Origin: Lingula anatina
Lineage: Eukaryota > Animalia > Brachiopoda
DNA: 64,000 nucleotides
Direction: 5' to 3'
Assembly: GCA_051362555.1 (NCBI GenBank)
Contig: CM120649.1
Span: forward strand, 11,532,001-11,596,000
In this document: in pieces, positions 19,206-64,000 of the stretch
How the letters are laid out: every line of letters starts with the position of its first letter
Numbering within the stretch: position 1 is the stretch's first letter
Notes under the pieces: model-generated
Database searches by the model: none
What the model saw: only the letters and a program-made list of their open reading frames with translations
What the model was told of the DNA's origin: nothing
Translations under genes and position numbers: made by a program

Positions 19206-21110
19206 ATTTGATGTTTGGAATTTGTGTCTGAGTTCAGTTACTGTACCCAGTGATAGGAAAGAGACATGCTGATAAAATAAATTGGACTTTCCAGTGTCTT
19301 CTGAAACTAAGGGTACACTTAAGAATGTGATTAGTGTGCAGTATTTTGTGAAATAAATGTCAGTTTAGAAAAATAAAATTTTAGTGTTGGACTGCCTGTA
19401 GATGCCAGTTACCCTAGGCCTGAGTCTGAGGATACCAAGAGTGTTTGTTTTTGTATTGCAAAGATGTTATTTACTTAAAGAATTCACCACTTTTCCATTA
19501 AATCACCAGGGTTACGCAAGGTATATCAAATGTAAAAAGTTCTCAAGAAGTAAGGTACTTCTCTATTTTTGAGTCACTCTCATAATGGTATTTGAGGTAG
19601 TCTAGTGAATTTCGTTTGTAAACTGGGAGGAACAGAAGGTTTGAAAGGAAGAAATTAGACATTGGGAAATCAGGGGACAGGGAGACAGTTTCCGTCTGCC
19701 CTATGGAACTCCTCTCCCCTTAAGAAAAAGCAATAATTTGTATTAGACATCAGGCTCATGGTAACTGGAGTGTATTATTATAGTCACCACAGGTCTATTT
19801 CCATACAGTGCATTAGATGTTTGTTTGTTGAATAATCTACATTTTGTTCTTTTGCTATGCAGACACCGTATTTTGTCAATTTTAATGACTTTGTAATTTT
19901 TCACTATAACATTGATGGTTTTACAAAGAAAAAATTCCATTTTTTTATCCCCAGTACATTTATGGCAAGATAAAAGAACAAAAAATAAAGGAAAAAGAAA
20001 TGAATGCCTGGAGGTATGGGTCACACTCTTAAAAGAATTGCAACTGGCTTATTCTGTTGTGCATCCATCCGCTTGTCTGCCCATGAGTGCTTTCTTGTCC
20101 CGTGATCTCTCAGTTTTCAATTAAATGTAACATGCTGTAGGTTCGCACAATTTATTTCCACACTCAAAGAAGACAAAACAATACGAACATTTAAATCAGC
20201 AACAGATATACCTTTATTTTCAAGAATGGAAAAGATAAAGATAACTCATAAATTTAATCACAAAGACATCTGTCTTTAACAGAGTCATAAATGTTCAAAA
20301 ATTACCAGTTTAAAACCCCTGCCTTTCAAGTAAAATCTGCTCTCTCTATACCAGTTTACCTGTCCAGAAATTGTGTAACATTGTATCACTTGACAGTCTT
20401 TTGCTTGGTATGGCACCAGTCACTTGATTAGGAAATAACATATTATTATTAAACATGTATTTATATACATGTACTTTAGGTCTTTATAATGTGAATGATT
20501 TAGGTCTTAATAAAGATCATGAATCATATGTAATTTTGATTAAGTTAAATTTGTCACATTCCACACCTCCTTGGGGGAAACCTGTTCTGGGTTCGGCAAA
20601 ATGAAAATAGAGAAAGGAAACTTCAAACAGTTTAACAGTGTCTAATGCATTTAGTCCCGTCATGGTTTCTCGCAGCAGGGTAGGTAAGAGTATACTTCCT
20701 TGGTACATTCTACTCGGCCGTCTGGATACACTGTCTCCTTTTCCACGTGTCCATGAAATACACAAATGTTCTTTAGTCTGTGTCCAGTATCTGTTTCATC
20801 AGCTTGGTCAGACTGATTGATGTCAGTTTTCACCCCTATATCTATCATCGTCTTTGTTGACAACTTGGGTGTCTTGTATCCCACTCTGGGGTGAGAGGAC
20901 CTTGCCGGCAGGCTACATGCTTCATCCGTATTGTCTTTTTTGGACAACAGCTTGTCCAAAGTAGGGTACCTTGACATGGGGGATTTTTCACAGCGTGTGT
21001 GTTTTCTTGCTATCATGTGGTTCTTCAGCTCTAGTGGAGTATGGGTAGTCAGCGCATTAAAACCTTTGACTCTCTGTATGTTTTTCTTTTATATGACAAG
21101 CCAGGTTGCC

Positions 21111-21782
21111 CACGCTCGGCTGTCACCTTGATTGGATAGTAAACGATTGTCGTAAAATCGCTAAATGATATTAAAACCGGGTTCATAAACTTGAAAACCA
21201 CCTAGGACAACCTTAGACTGCCACATTAATCCAATACAATGCAAAAATAAACTATGTTTATATCAGTCCTCTCTACAATCCAATTCAGGAAATGACGTAA
21301 ATGCAGAGGTCGCATTGTCCAATGGCATGGCTTCTTTTTCGTAATGGTAGGTTAGAGAGGACCAATTCGAACATCAAAGGTGGAATTTGGATATACGGTT
21401 TGATTGTGCGTATGCCATGCACGGAATTTACAAACTAGCGACGGGATGATGTAGCCTGCAGTATTTGCGTTAAGCGTGCCAAGTTTTAGGCCGCTCCGAT
21501 GCCCCGGCAGTATTTTATTTCGATTATAATGTTTAAGTTGGTCGATTTTTGTTTCACAAGCTGACTCTATTTTATTGTCTCTATGAAGGTATATGGGGAC
21601 TTTACGACATTCTGTTTGAAGGCTTTAACCACTTGTTATAGTTTATTTTTGCATTGTATTGGATTAATGTGGCAGTCCAAGGTTGTCCTAGGTGGTTTTC
21701 AAGTTTATGCACCTGGTTTTAATATCATTTAGCGATTTTACGACAATCGTTTACTATCCAATCAAGGTGACAGCCGAGCGTG
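21111..21782. mobile_element. MITE with ~145-bp terminal inverted repeats and 8-bp TSD (AGGTTGCC), nested in the Gypsy remnant
   Basis: CACGCTCGGCTGTCACCTTGATTGG ... CCAATCAAGGTGACAGCCGAGCGTG; AGGTTGCC at 21103-21110 and 21783-21790. An 8-bp TSD fits hAT, P or Mutator-like superfamilies. Confidence 0.9.
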
Positions 21783-22100
21783 AGGTTGCCAGGGCTTCTA
21801 AATTTTTTCTCGCATTTTCACACTAATTTTCTTCCCTCTCGACCATGCTGTTGCTGAGTGAAAGTCAGTGAGCGCCTTCTCTCTTTATATAGGGGATCGA
21901 TTTGCTTACTAGTAAAGGAACGAAAATGGACACTTGTTGAACACTTTTTGCCTTTGAAGCTGATATGGAGTACTCTTGAGTATAGTAACTAAACATGTCT
22001 TATCAAAGGTGTCATAGTGTAGTGATAATTGAGCTACTGTAAATGAGGGACCAAACTAAGCTTCTGCCAGGAGTTTGAGTCCCACTGTTGCCCATTAGTA

Positions 22101-22218
22101 TTTTTATGTACAGACACAGATGTGTCTGTACATATTGCCATCACCTGCGTCTGTCGTCGCCGATGGCGATGCCGATGCCGATGCCGGCGCCGTGCACTTT
22201 CCTTGTAAACACGATAAG
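22101..22218 (+). mobile_element. Helentron/HINE (DINE-1-like) terminal fragment
   Basis: TTTTTATG, hairpin GTACAGACAC/GTGTCTGTAC, (CGATGC)n-like simple repeat, then CTTGTAAACACGATA; this layout matches HINE ends as I recall them. Confidence 0.55.
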
Positions 22219-25200
22219 TGGAGGGCAGTTTTACTTTTTGGCTTTATTTTACTGTATATGATTTCTATTTATCTTGTAGGCTTTTAAATTTGGCGTCCAC
22301 CTTTTGTCAAATTTTTCTTTTATGGTGGTTGAAAGTTTTTCTCCTGTTGATGTCCTATTTTATCCAAGCTTTCAATTTCCTCTTGTTGAGATCCAAATTT
22401 CTTCAGTCTGTCTTAGGACAATCTTCACCTTAGCCTTGGTATTTTTCTGGATTCTGTATAAGACTGCATTAAGTCTTTGAAGCACTTTGAAGGGACCACT
22501 CAAAAAACATTGTAATTTTGGTGATAACCCTTTTTCTTTGTAGAGTGTACAGCCATATGTCATCCTCTTTAAAAGTAACTATAATTTCTAGATTTCAGAT
22601 CATAATTTCTCTTTAGCCTTTTCTGGCTTCCTTTCAGGTTTTCGTGAGAAAAATTATTTACAGTTTCTTCTTGTAGTGTTTCAACATACTTTTTCTTGGA
22701 ATGAGTAGTTTGATAATGTAAGGTTCCAGGGATCAAATCTATCAGTACGTCAACTTCCCTTCCTATCATGAGCAGGTTTGGACTGAATTTGGAACTGTCA
22801 TGTTCTGCAGATCTGTAGGCCATCATCAGTGTTGGTAGATATTTATCCTAGTCAGTATGGTGTTGATTTACAAATTTGCTGAGCATGGCTTCAGTGGTCC
22901 TATTCATGCTTTCTACCATCCCATCAGATTGAAGACAGAATGTTGTTGTCCTTATTTTGGTTATGCCGAGAAGTTGAGCGGTCTCTTCGAATATCTTTGA
23001 CTTGAAATTTCTTCCTTGGTCACCATGGATTTCTCGTGGTGTCCCAAAGCGACAGATGAATTCATTTATCAATTTCTCTGCCAGAGTATTTACCTCTTGA
23101 TTTGCCACAGCATGGGCTTCTGTCCATTTTGAAAATTATGTACTTGTCTCCTTGATTACTTTTTGGGAGTGGTCCTAAAACATCCATAGCAATGCGTTCC
23201 ATCGGAGCACCAACTAAATATTGAGTCAGTGGTGCTCTTTTCTCCCTACGAGATTTTCTCGCTTAACAAATTTCACATCTCTGGCACCATATTTTCACAT
23301 CTGCCTTCATCTTGTACCAATAGAATCGATGTTGAATCCTATCCATAGTCTTGCTGTCAGCTCATTGTGCAAGGCCTCTAAGACACTTTTTCTTAATGAT
23401 TTAGGAACCACTAGAACTGTGTGGGAATCAGTCGTATCATGCCAAACCTTGTAAAGGACTCCATTTCACAATTCTTAATCTTCAAAGTATAAGCAAAATG
23501 TCTTCACAGCTGGGCTTTCGGAAGAAATAGCATCCCACTCAGTTTTGTTCTTGGAATGTTCCTTAAATTTGATGATCTTCTCTATATCAGGATCGAAAGT
23601 CTGTGCTTTCTGAATCTCTGCTTTGGTCCATACCGATAACCATGAGTTGTTTGACATTTCTTTCTCCTTGACCTTGTTTGTAGTTGAAATGGAACATGTA
23701 TGCTTCTTTGGACAATCTTTCTGTTCTTTCTCATTCTCCGGATCAAAATCTTCCAAACATGGATGTTTTGACATTGCATCTGCATTTTGGTGCTTTTTTC
23801 CAGGTCTTTGCTGAATCTCAAAATCATAGGCACGTAGCTTTTCTATCCAACCTGCCAGTTGGCCCTCGGTGTCTTTGAGATTGAAGAGCCATTGCAGTGA
23901 TCCATGATCTGCCCTCAAAGTGAATTTTCTTTCACTCAGATAATGTCTGAAGTATTTGACAAAGCAAACCATGGCTAAGCATCTCTTTCTTGGTGACACT
24001 ATATTACTTTTCAGCTTTTAGAAAAGTTATGCCTGCATACACTACCACCCTTTCTTGCCATTAATATTTTGTTTTAAAAAATCTGCCCCTATTCCTGTTT
24101 CTGAAGCATCTCTGTCTAGAATATAAAAGGCTTTGATACATTTAGAAATGCAAGTATGAGCCACAGATATTATGTAAGATCATATGTAATTTTGATTAAA
24201 TTAAAATCTGTCACATAAATTTTATCAGAACTGTACTATAGTACTAATACACGGTGTGTCAAAATATTAAATGGAACCCATTACTGTGATTAAGATAGTT
24301 CTATTAATTTAATGAATCATTTATTTAATGAGTATATTACAAACAAAACAATATTTTTGATGAAATGACTAATTCTCATGTTGGTTTTTTAGTATTTATG
24401 GCTGACACAATTTTATACTGTATTTATCCCTCAGATGGTAATGACATTGCAAAATCCTTCTGTGTCCTGGAATATGACCTTTGAGGAGAGTGAGAGAGAT
24501 GAGAACAACTGGCATTTGGCGTTTTCTTTGTTTGATCTTTGATTTGCTACCCTGAGTATTTATATGTTAAGTCTGGAAACTCTGTAGACTATTGCCAGTG
24601 TCTCTGTCATTTAAAACCATTGACCTCTGGAACTCTGGGTCCTATGTGCTTAATTGTAATGAGTTATGGTGAAGGGACACATGCCATTATGAGTAGTATA
24701 TATTTCATTTTTTCTCTAATCTCATTCTCAGCATATAGATCTATTATATACTGGTAATAGATTAGACTACTAGTATACTTTTGTAGTAATAATGTCCTAA
24801 GCCCAGCACTTGGCCTTAGTGATGCCTGCAGTAAGTTTACAAAATGAATAAGTAAATAAATCTGCTATAGGTTGTATGTTTAGTCTTTTCTTTCCTTGCA
24901 CGTGAGAATGCATTGTACTAGTATGAATGAAGCAAGGTAAAGGACCTGTCATTTGCAAGCCAGAGGTTAAGCACCTTCTTTAAAGAGTCTTATATCAGAG
25001 TCACCATAATATTGGATCACCCAGAAATAAGAGAAGGCAGATATGATTATAAGTCACAATAAGGTGGCCGTTCTAGGTATTGTCATCGAAATGTCTTATA
25101 AGAATAAGAATAATAGGGCTGTCTGTGGGGAAATCACATGAGACAAAGCAATCAAATGAGAGCTGATCAAGCAGCAGGAAGATGTCAGTGAAGATGAAAG

Positions 25201-25853
25201 ACTTAATCTGGGTTTGCATTCAGGAGTTTTCCCTAAAGAAATTAAAAGAAGACAGTTTGCTAAAATGTAAGAAGTGGATATTTGTAGGACGATGAATATG
25301 AATAAAAGGTAATTCTATGTCATCAAATATTTTTGATAGATTAAGAGGTGGGAAAGAGGGGAGGGGGGTGGAGAGGAAGATACAAAAACATTTCTATCCC
25401 CATCTTAGATGATGACATGTTAAATGCGTTAACTGACAGTAAATGATGTAGTGTATTCACTTACAATGTAATAAAGACAAAAATTGCAGTGCGCATTTAT
25501 TATAGACATTATACTAGTTTAACAAGAAAAAATCTTCCTGGAAGTTTCAGCTATTCCCTTTATCACCAAGGGAAATCCTCATTAGAGCCATTGACCAAAT
25601 AATGATGTATTTAAAAACAGAGTTGGTAGCTTCTAATTTTTGTCATCATCTGTAAAATGCACTTATCTCTTCCTCTTACTTACTGATGGTATACCTCGGC
25701 AAGAAAGTGAACATGTTGCCAGTTCCTTGAAACTTGCTTTTTTAATGATTCAAAAATGATGTATCTGAAAGACTGAGTTTTTCCCCCATTTAAAAGATCA
25801 AGCAATTACCATTAATGTTTTCCCATCATGTAAATTCATAGTCTCTCTCTTTC

Positions 25854-25892
<39 letters not shown>

Positions 25893-27921
25893 CTATTGTA
25901 GATATTTATCGCAGCCACTTGTACAACTGTACTGATACAAAATAACCATTTTCATTATCAAAATTATCTCACAGTTCTTTTAGTCTTTGTAAATTGATCC
26001 TTTAGGGAAAAATGATAAGGAAGAGTACATCATTTCTCAGACTAGATATGATTGGCAGTTTTTAAAATTGTTTTAACGATGTACAAAAATTGTACTAAAT
26101 GGTAAAAACTTAATGCTTGTCCCAACTGAAAAAAAAAAGGTTGATTAAAGAAAATGTGAAATATTGAAAGAAAAACTTGCATAAATTTATGTTTGTTTAT
26201 TTTTCACTTTATATGATCCTGATCAACTCACCTGTATATATTCACATACATGTATGCATACAAGTGTACATAGACCTTGCATATTTTCCAACCCCAGAGA
26301 TAGCAGGGATCAATGAAGAGAAACTCGATCAGGATCTATTTCACCACCATACATATGTAAAGGGTCCATGTACTAGTAGTCAAACAAAGAGACATACAGC
26401 TAAAACTGATGTCTAGAAAACAACCATGTCATGACAATGGTTCCATTAGTTGACTATGTATTTTATTAGTTCCATGAACGTGAGTCATGATGATAATTCC
26501 ATTAATTGACTAGATGTTACAGTAATTGATTAGTACCTTGAATCATTGGTATCTTTGGAGACTTTGCACAGAAATCAGACACCTGCATTGTTTTTAACTG
26601 TTTTTAAAGGACATGAGACAGACGCTCCATTGTGATTTGAAATGGTATTGATTATTTCACCCAAGGGTTTGTGTTTTCCTGTTGTGTAAAATGAAAAGTT
26701 AAAAAAGAAAATGTGATTAGTCTGATTACACCTAGAAAGCTATAATTAAAGGTTATGTACTAGTAGCCTTTGCACCTTTGTGTGAGACAGATTAATGTCA
26801 GAGACAAGACGGAAATCATACCAAATAATTTATGTTTATCTGTCTTAATTACAAGGATGTATTTACTAGTACATTGCATGGTCAGGCAAGTTTTATTTAT
26901 TTATTTCATTTATTTATACATTTAATACACATTTTTGTAAGAGATATGGCAGATGTCTAGTCTTATTCAAGTTTGGTTTATCTAATTTCCTTCTTCAGTT
27001 GACGGTTCCTTTTGTTCTTTCTACCTTTCTTAGATATTCTTTCTTTCTTGTCAAAGTCACCTATGATATAATATTGTCATAATAATTTGATGAAAACATC
27101 ACATGCTGGCTTTCCTGTGAACCCTACCCACCACTGGCCATTAGGGATTCGGCTTTGATAAAGATAAGCCCATATTTGATCAGCTTTCAGCCTCTTTTAA
27201 TGTCCATGTGTTTTGATTTCATTAGTGTTTGCAATCAGAAAGGATTCCCAGACAAGTAAGAATATTTATTGGCTTTGTTCACCCAGCACGGATGGAGCAG
27301 AACTGAACCGATCAGAATCGCCATTGTTGTTGTCAATACTGATTGCAATCGCCCCTGTGTCTGCACAGCTGTGCAGCGATATTTAACCATTGCTTCCATA
27401 GATATATCAGAAACTTTAAACTTTAAAGATTAGAAAAATGCTGACTTGAGTACAGTTATTTCTCTGTTGCAAGTTTGCCTGATAAGTTTGATTTAGGTTC
27501 TGCCTATCTTAGTTGAAAGTGACTTTTTCTGTGGATATTCTGACAGGTCATCAGATCATTTTCCACACAAATCTGATTTCCAGTGTTTATGGAAGCCTTA
27601 TTAAATCAGAAGATTAGACGGGAGGCGATAAATATGGGTTATTGAATGATTTGTGTGAAAGCCCTTGGCTAGCTGAAACAGAAAGCTTAATGATGCAGAC
27701 AGACCTGAACTTCTGCCACGTTATGGCAAAATTTTAAGATTATTATTTTACAGTTTTTGGATAAAACGGCAGTGCAAATCAGACTAAATGTATAAAGTCA
27801 ATTTTTTAATAGAAGACATTTAAAAGTATAAGGTGTAGTAGTGTATTGTTATGCAGGATGTGGGATATAGAGATAGTTAACATTCCATTGCCATCACCAG
27901 TAAATAATTTTAAATTGGAAA

Positions 27922-28095
27922 CTAAGAGGGGATTCAGAAAAGCTGACTAACAGATCCTAGGATCAAATATGGCCAACCCATTTGAATGCTTGTTGCGTAA
28001 TCTCTGCAGGGAATCTATTTAGTGTCTAATTAGGAATTGAGTCTGCCATTTTTTATCCCCGGATCTGGTAGTTTTCTGTTCTGAATGAGCCCTAA
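27922..28095. mobile_element. Shorter member of the 15028 MITE family
   Basis: TAAGAGGGGATTCAGAA ... TTCTGAATGAGCCCTAA inverted ends; AAATATGGCCAACC core. Confidence 0.5.
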
Positions 28096-29362
28096 GAGCA
28101 TCAAGTGCTCACCTACAGAACACCTTAGAGCAAGAAGAGATTGTCGACAGATTTAGTTGCAAACAAGTCTAGATTAGATCTAGATGAGTGAAACCTTCAC
28201 CAATATTAAAAAAAAAAAAGTGTCTGGTTTTTATGAATATTAATAGTAAGAAAGAGATTATGTTAAAAACTGTGCAGCTAGACTAGATTCAACATTATCA
28301 TTTCCCCAGATTGGACATGGCATGTTTAAATTGGATTGCCTAGTAAAGTTAAGTAAACAATAACATTTTGATATCATAGTGATTTTATCTATAGTAATAT
28401 TCTGGAAGCAAAGAAGCCAAAAAGCTGGCTAGTAAAGACCTTTCTAGTTATATTTTTTTCGAGTTTATTGCCAAAGTTACCTTAAAAGGAGCTGATTGAG
28501 AAGTTTCTTTGGATTTGGCTTTTTGATAGACTAATAGTTTCTTTTTAAATTTTTTTTGTATTCAAACTTTTTGTCATGGCAATTTAAACTTAATTTCAAT
28601 AAACACATTCAATTTAATTGTTAAAATGAAATGGAATTTGTTCACTTTAGTGTAGATTGAGCAGTAGATGGTTGAATGTCTAATATTCCTGTTGTGATAG
28701 AAAATATGCAATAATCTATAGGTAAACTATTATCAAATATTGCTTAAACTGCAAATAGTTCATGGACAAGAAAATGCAATTTTCATCTCCTTTTCATACA
28801 GATTAATTGGAATGATTAATAAAATACATTGCATCATTATTGAATTAAGCTAATGTCATTATCTTTAAATTGATTTATCATAATGTGTGTGCGAGTTTAA
28901 TCATATTCAGTAAAATCAATGTTTGTGTACATGCAGTATGATATGCTTCAGTATAATATTAGGTAAACTTTACCCAAGGTTAATGACTGCATATATAAAT
29001 ATATCTTTATATTATGATAAAGCAGTTTTCCTTTTTACTTCCAGATGACTTGCACTGATGAAGTCACGCTGTGAAGCAACGAGTCTTAAGTGAACAATCA
29101 CAATCAATTTGCACCAAATGGCAGACAATCCCAAGAACTAACAAGATATCATTCTGATAACTGTATAAGCAACAGAACTTGGTGTTTTCAGCTGTGTGGA
29201 GAAAATTTCCAACAGAAAAACGTTTCTTTGGATAATTGTTGTCAGTGAGTTGACATTTCTTGTTTCTTGGCTGGACTTTGCTGCTGTGAGGAAGATGTTC
29301 ACAGGATAATTTCTCTGGAGTTATAATTTTTAAATTGGTACTTGTGTTTTCTGTAATGCACT

Positions 29363-60040
<30,678 letters not shown>

Positions 60041-62320
60041 GAAAATAGTCACATGATTACGGCTTTAAATACTGATGTATAATTTTTTGCTGGATTCCTT
60101 TTTGACTTTCTGAAATGGCAAATCAGCAGTGAGATTTTAACCACATAAAGACTTTTTTTATGGCAATGATCAGATGTTGGCCCTCCTCCTGTTTTGTATT
60201 TTTCTTATTTTTAAGGTTTGTCTCTGTCAGAGTTTTCCTTCTGTGTCCCATAAAAAGAATGAGAGGAAAAAATAATTATGGTGGCTACCTAAAGTTTGCA
60301 AATACCTCACTTATTTTTAAATTTTACTCATTTGAGTTTGATCATTTTAAGATTCTGACAACAGCTCACTCAGACTTGAAGCCAGTTAACTTTTCAAAAT
60401 TGTTTAAATATTAAAAAAAAATAAACTTAAATCACAACTCTGTTTACTTGTAATAGATGAAAGGGATGGACTGAAATGGAGGCTGAAGTCCTTTGACATA
60501 ACTCCCTTTATGCCAGACTGTTTCCTTCAGCAGGGAAATATTTAGGTTGTCTTATGGAACAGTTAAGGCACAGTCTGACTAAGACTTTTATCTGCTCTTG
60601 TTTGAACATACACTTAGTGATCGAGGCATGGTTACTCAGGCTCACCAGTGCAATACACAAGTCAGTATCATAAAAGAAACTAAGACTGAAAGTTTGTTTT
60701 ATCCTAGAGGTCTAAGGCCCTTTTGTCTCCTGTGACCTGAGATAAATCAATTATAGTAGTCTATTCAACTGAAATGTCATGTGTATTTCACAAAGAGAAT
60801 GAAATTGCTAATTTAAATTAAATGTATTATTATACCAACATTTAATTTAGTGTACTGCCAAAATGAACTAACAATTTTTTTATTATTTTAGTAAAGACCA
60901 ACTTTAAGTCAACTTCTTTTGTGGAATCCGCTTCTGCTGAAGCTCAAAATCAGGTACTTTTGGTTGTATTTATACTTACTACTGTGTAACAGGAAGAGAG
61001 GCTTTATCAGCATTTTCTAAAGTAGGAACTAGGAGACTACATCTGAGACAAAACTTATGCATATATTGACAATTACCTACTACAAGCGTATGGTTGTCAA
61101 TGAGAGATTTGCCAGCCAGTAGTCTCATATGCTTAGGACTTGCTTTATGGGTCAAAGCCTTCTTGTCTGTTTCTTGAGTGATGAGGGTTTTGTAATAGGT
61201 GATTTTTTTATGGTCTCTTGTTTATGGTGAAAAAGAAGGGTGATAAAGGAACGTAATGTTACGCAAAGTCTCTCCAGAAATGATTTATTTATCAATGTAG
61301 ATGTAGTTTTACTAGATAGTTTTTTTTTTTGCTTCTGTAAACTGATATTTCATTCTATTTTCCAAAGTAGTATACTTATAATTGTTAAAATGAATATTAT
61401 GTGTATTGTCATTGTTCTTCCCAATGAGATATATTAATTTTTAGTTTGTATTCAATTCATGTAAAATATATATTTATCTTAATTTTACTTAGTTGTTGTG
61501 AATTGTTTACTTAATTTATGGACATTGGAGCAATAGTAATTGTCTCATTCTTACATATATCATTCATTGCAGTAGATCAACTGTGCTTTTGAGTTTAAGA
61601 TGGAGAAACAGCATTTTTGTGTGAAAAAAGAATAAGAAAATAAATAGATAAGGAAATAAAACATGTATTAGTGTATCATTATATACTTACTGTAACAGTA
61701 CAGAATAAAAATATTTAGTGATTTTTTAATAGTCATTCAAAAAATCTCACCCCTCCTAAACTCACTTGTTAACATAAAGCCTTTGTTAGTTAAGTATACC
61801 AAAATGAAGTCATGGACCATTGAAAAGAATGTCTTGTCTAAGGCTTGGTGAAGGGCATTGTACCATATTTTGATTGTAAATCTCATGTATAGTAAGATGT
61901 ATCCTGCCTTTCTATCTTGGTAAATTATTTGTATTCACATATTTTTCATATAACCTGACAGATAAAAAGTACTTGTATCCTTTTAAGGGAAGGTGTTTTC
62001 GAAACAGATTGACTTTGTTTAATAATGACTTGCAAGTATGTTATTTAATTGTTATTTAATTACAACCAAGCATGTTGAAGATATTTAAGTAGTATTAGGC
62101 ATGATTTTAGATTTGTTCTCTTTTAGTGGAATAAAAAAAGAATTGGTGATATTCAATTGTATGGAAGTAATTTAAGATTGCTGTTTACATTCTGTTTATT
62201 AGTTTGCCATGAATCTTTTTTACAAAAACTATCTATATTCAAACGTTTATTGTATCATGCTGATAAAATAACACTTATTTTTAAAAGTTTGAATAAACAG
62301 TTTGTTTTTATTGCTGGTAA
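60041..62320 (+). other. Probable ABCC5 3' UTR
   Basis: CpG-poor AT-rich sequence after the stop; AATAAA at 62292-62297 followed by a TTTGTTTTT tract; other AATAAA occur earlier. Confidence 0.4.
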
Positions 62321-62649
62321 GGGGGAATGTTTCTGAAACTATGCCGAAACTGATAGGTTGAAAAGTAAGCGATTATGCATCATTATTTTTCCAGAATTTG
62401 CAGAAATAGAATCACACTCCATTCTTATTATTCATTTTTTTTTTCATATTAACATGTAGAAACCTGATTAATTTTTGTAAAAGTTTGCGGAGTGTGAAGA
62501 AAAGTGATTTAATTATTTAGGCCCGAAATTTTGTTTGCGTTTTCAATGTCAACACAGTTGAGCTCCGTCAGTGTTGTATGTGTAAATGATGATGTCACAA
62601 ATCTTGGAAATGATAATCTTTCATTTAAAATTACAACCAAAGGTAAAAA

Positions 62650-62665
62650 TGCAGGTCCTGACACC

Positions 62666-62696
<31 letters not shown>

Positions 62697-62944
62697 ACAC
62701 ACCCGTTTGGTTAATTTCTGAAAAATATATCCCACCAATATTCCCCTCTTGAAATTAGAATTTTGGTTAACTAAATTATAGTTCTAAATCGCACGAAAGG
62801 GCGCCGTTTGCCTTCCAAAACACCAAAAATTTATCACGGCAGTTTAGCAGGTCCCGAACCCCACGTATAGGGCGCGATGGTTGGCTTCACATCCGAGGCC
62901 TGTCGTTCCGGACCCCCCTTTAAATAATCCTGGAACCGCCCCTG
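62650..62944 (-). mobile_element. Fragment of a GC-rich MITE-like element with a CAGGGGCGGTTCCAGG end
   Basis: Minus strand begins CAGGGGCGGTTCCAGGATTATTTAAAGGGGGGTCC, resembling common invertebrate non-autonomous transposon ends; the other end is unclear. Confidence 0.4.
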
Positions 62945-64000
62945 CTTGCACATACATGAGAATCATTAAAATGATAATACATGTATATCGGTGGTACACG
63001 GAAGTTACTTTTGAGGATTTCCCCAAAAGCCCTATTTGAAAACCTTTTCCAAATTTCAAAAATTTTGACGTCTGTGATTTGCAGTACTGTAACATTAACT
63101 AAATGGATTGCATATGATAAATCTTTTCATCTGAATTCGAAAAGGTTAAAGAAATTGCCACACTCTAAAGTAATTATGAATGATTCTAAAATAGATTGAA
63201 ACATAAAAAGAAAACGAATCAATTGATTTCGCCTCAGCAAAGAGGCGTTTCAAGCATAAATGACGTCTACACTTGCCCGACTGTACACTGAGAAAAAAAA
63301 ACCAGTTATATTCGTAGATAATAAAAATGTGTGAAAAACTATCGGTTTTGATGGGATTATTGATAGGAAATGCACGTTAAATCAAAGCCGTACGTTTTTG
63401 TTAGAGGCGGAATTAATTCAGGTTTTTAAATATTGACACATTTGAAGATAGACGTACTCATATATAAATGCATGCTATGAGATATAAGTATTAGATTTCA
63501 CGAGGGATGGAAATTGCATTATTATGAATAATTATGCCAAAATATGTCACTTATCAGAACAACGACTCGAGTTTACTTCTTTATCAATATAAAGTATTTT
63601 CCCCGTCGCATAAAACGATCTGAGGATCATTTGACAAAGAAGTGAACACTTTGAACTGCTTTGTGCTTGTGTTTCAAGAATCGCACGAATGTCTTCCTTA
63701 ACTGTTACAACTTCAAAGTTATCTTTCTAGATAGCCACTTTTGATCCATGTTGAAAAAAATATGCCAAGCTTGGACAATTTTCGACTACCCCAAGCGAAT
63801 ACACATCACTAATTGGTGCTCTTCCGAAAAATACTCTTAAATACTTAGTTTATACAATGTCACGGTGGCAAATTGGAAAGTTTGATAACAATATATTCAA
63901 AGCCAAAAAATGTGGACTTCACGCAAACCTAAAAAACTAGATTTGAAATTCATAAAATTTTACAAGATGTAAGAGGTTTTAAAATCTTATGTTATATAAA

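Larger units (their letters stand above)
20400..24215 (-). mobile_element. Decayed Ty3/Gypsy LTR retrotransposon (RNase H and integrase remnants; gag and RT not seen)
   Basis: Minus-strand fragments: ILDRDASETGIGA (~24130-24085), YFRHYLSERKFTLRADHGSLQWL...QRPGKKHQNADAMS (23475-23999), RFGTPREIHGDQGRNF...QSDGMVESMNRT (22848-23108), MAYRSAEHDSSKFSPNLLMIGRE, PKLQ..LSGPFKV (GPY/F). A ~37-bp LTR-start-like sequence is shared by 20523-20558 and 24179-24215, with a purine tract before TG at 20558. Left boundary approximate. Confidence 0.88.

Overview
AT-rich, intron-rich metazoan DNA, probably an invertebrate such as a mollusc (inferred from repeat types). It carries two spliced + strand genes: the 3' part of a group I p21-activated kinase (PAK1/2/3-like, CDS exons 683-5779) and a complete ABCC5/MRP5-like ABC transporter (CDS 29363-60040). 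Between them lie a CpG-rich promoter-like region (~8.4-11.3 kb), a tRNA-Thr-like sequence, several MITEs and a decayed Gypsy element. The main finding is an array of seven intact, highly divergent 108-nt exons in ABCC5 (35978-46161), each able to encode the sixth helix of TMD1. It looks like a mutually exclusive exon cassette that swaps a substrate-pocket helix, and it includes a recent duplication and one dead copy. PAK likewise has two alternative 97-nt exons for its activation loop. Both genes repeatedly show tandem duplications spanning splice sites. All exon calls come from manual reading and translation; there is no transcript evidence.
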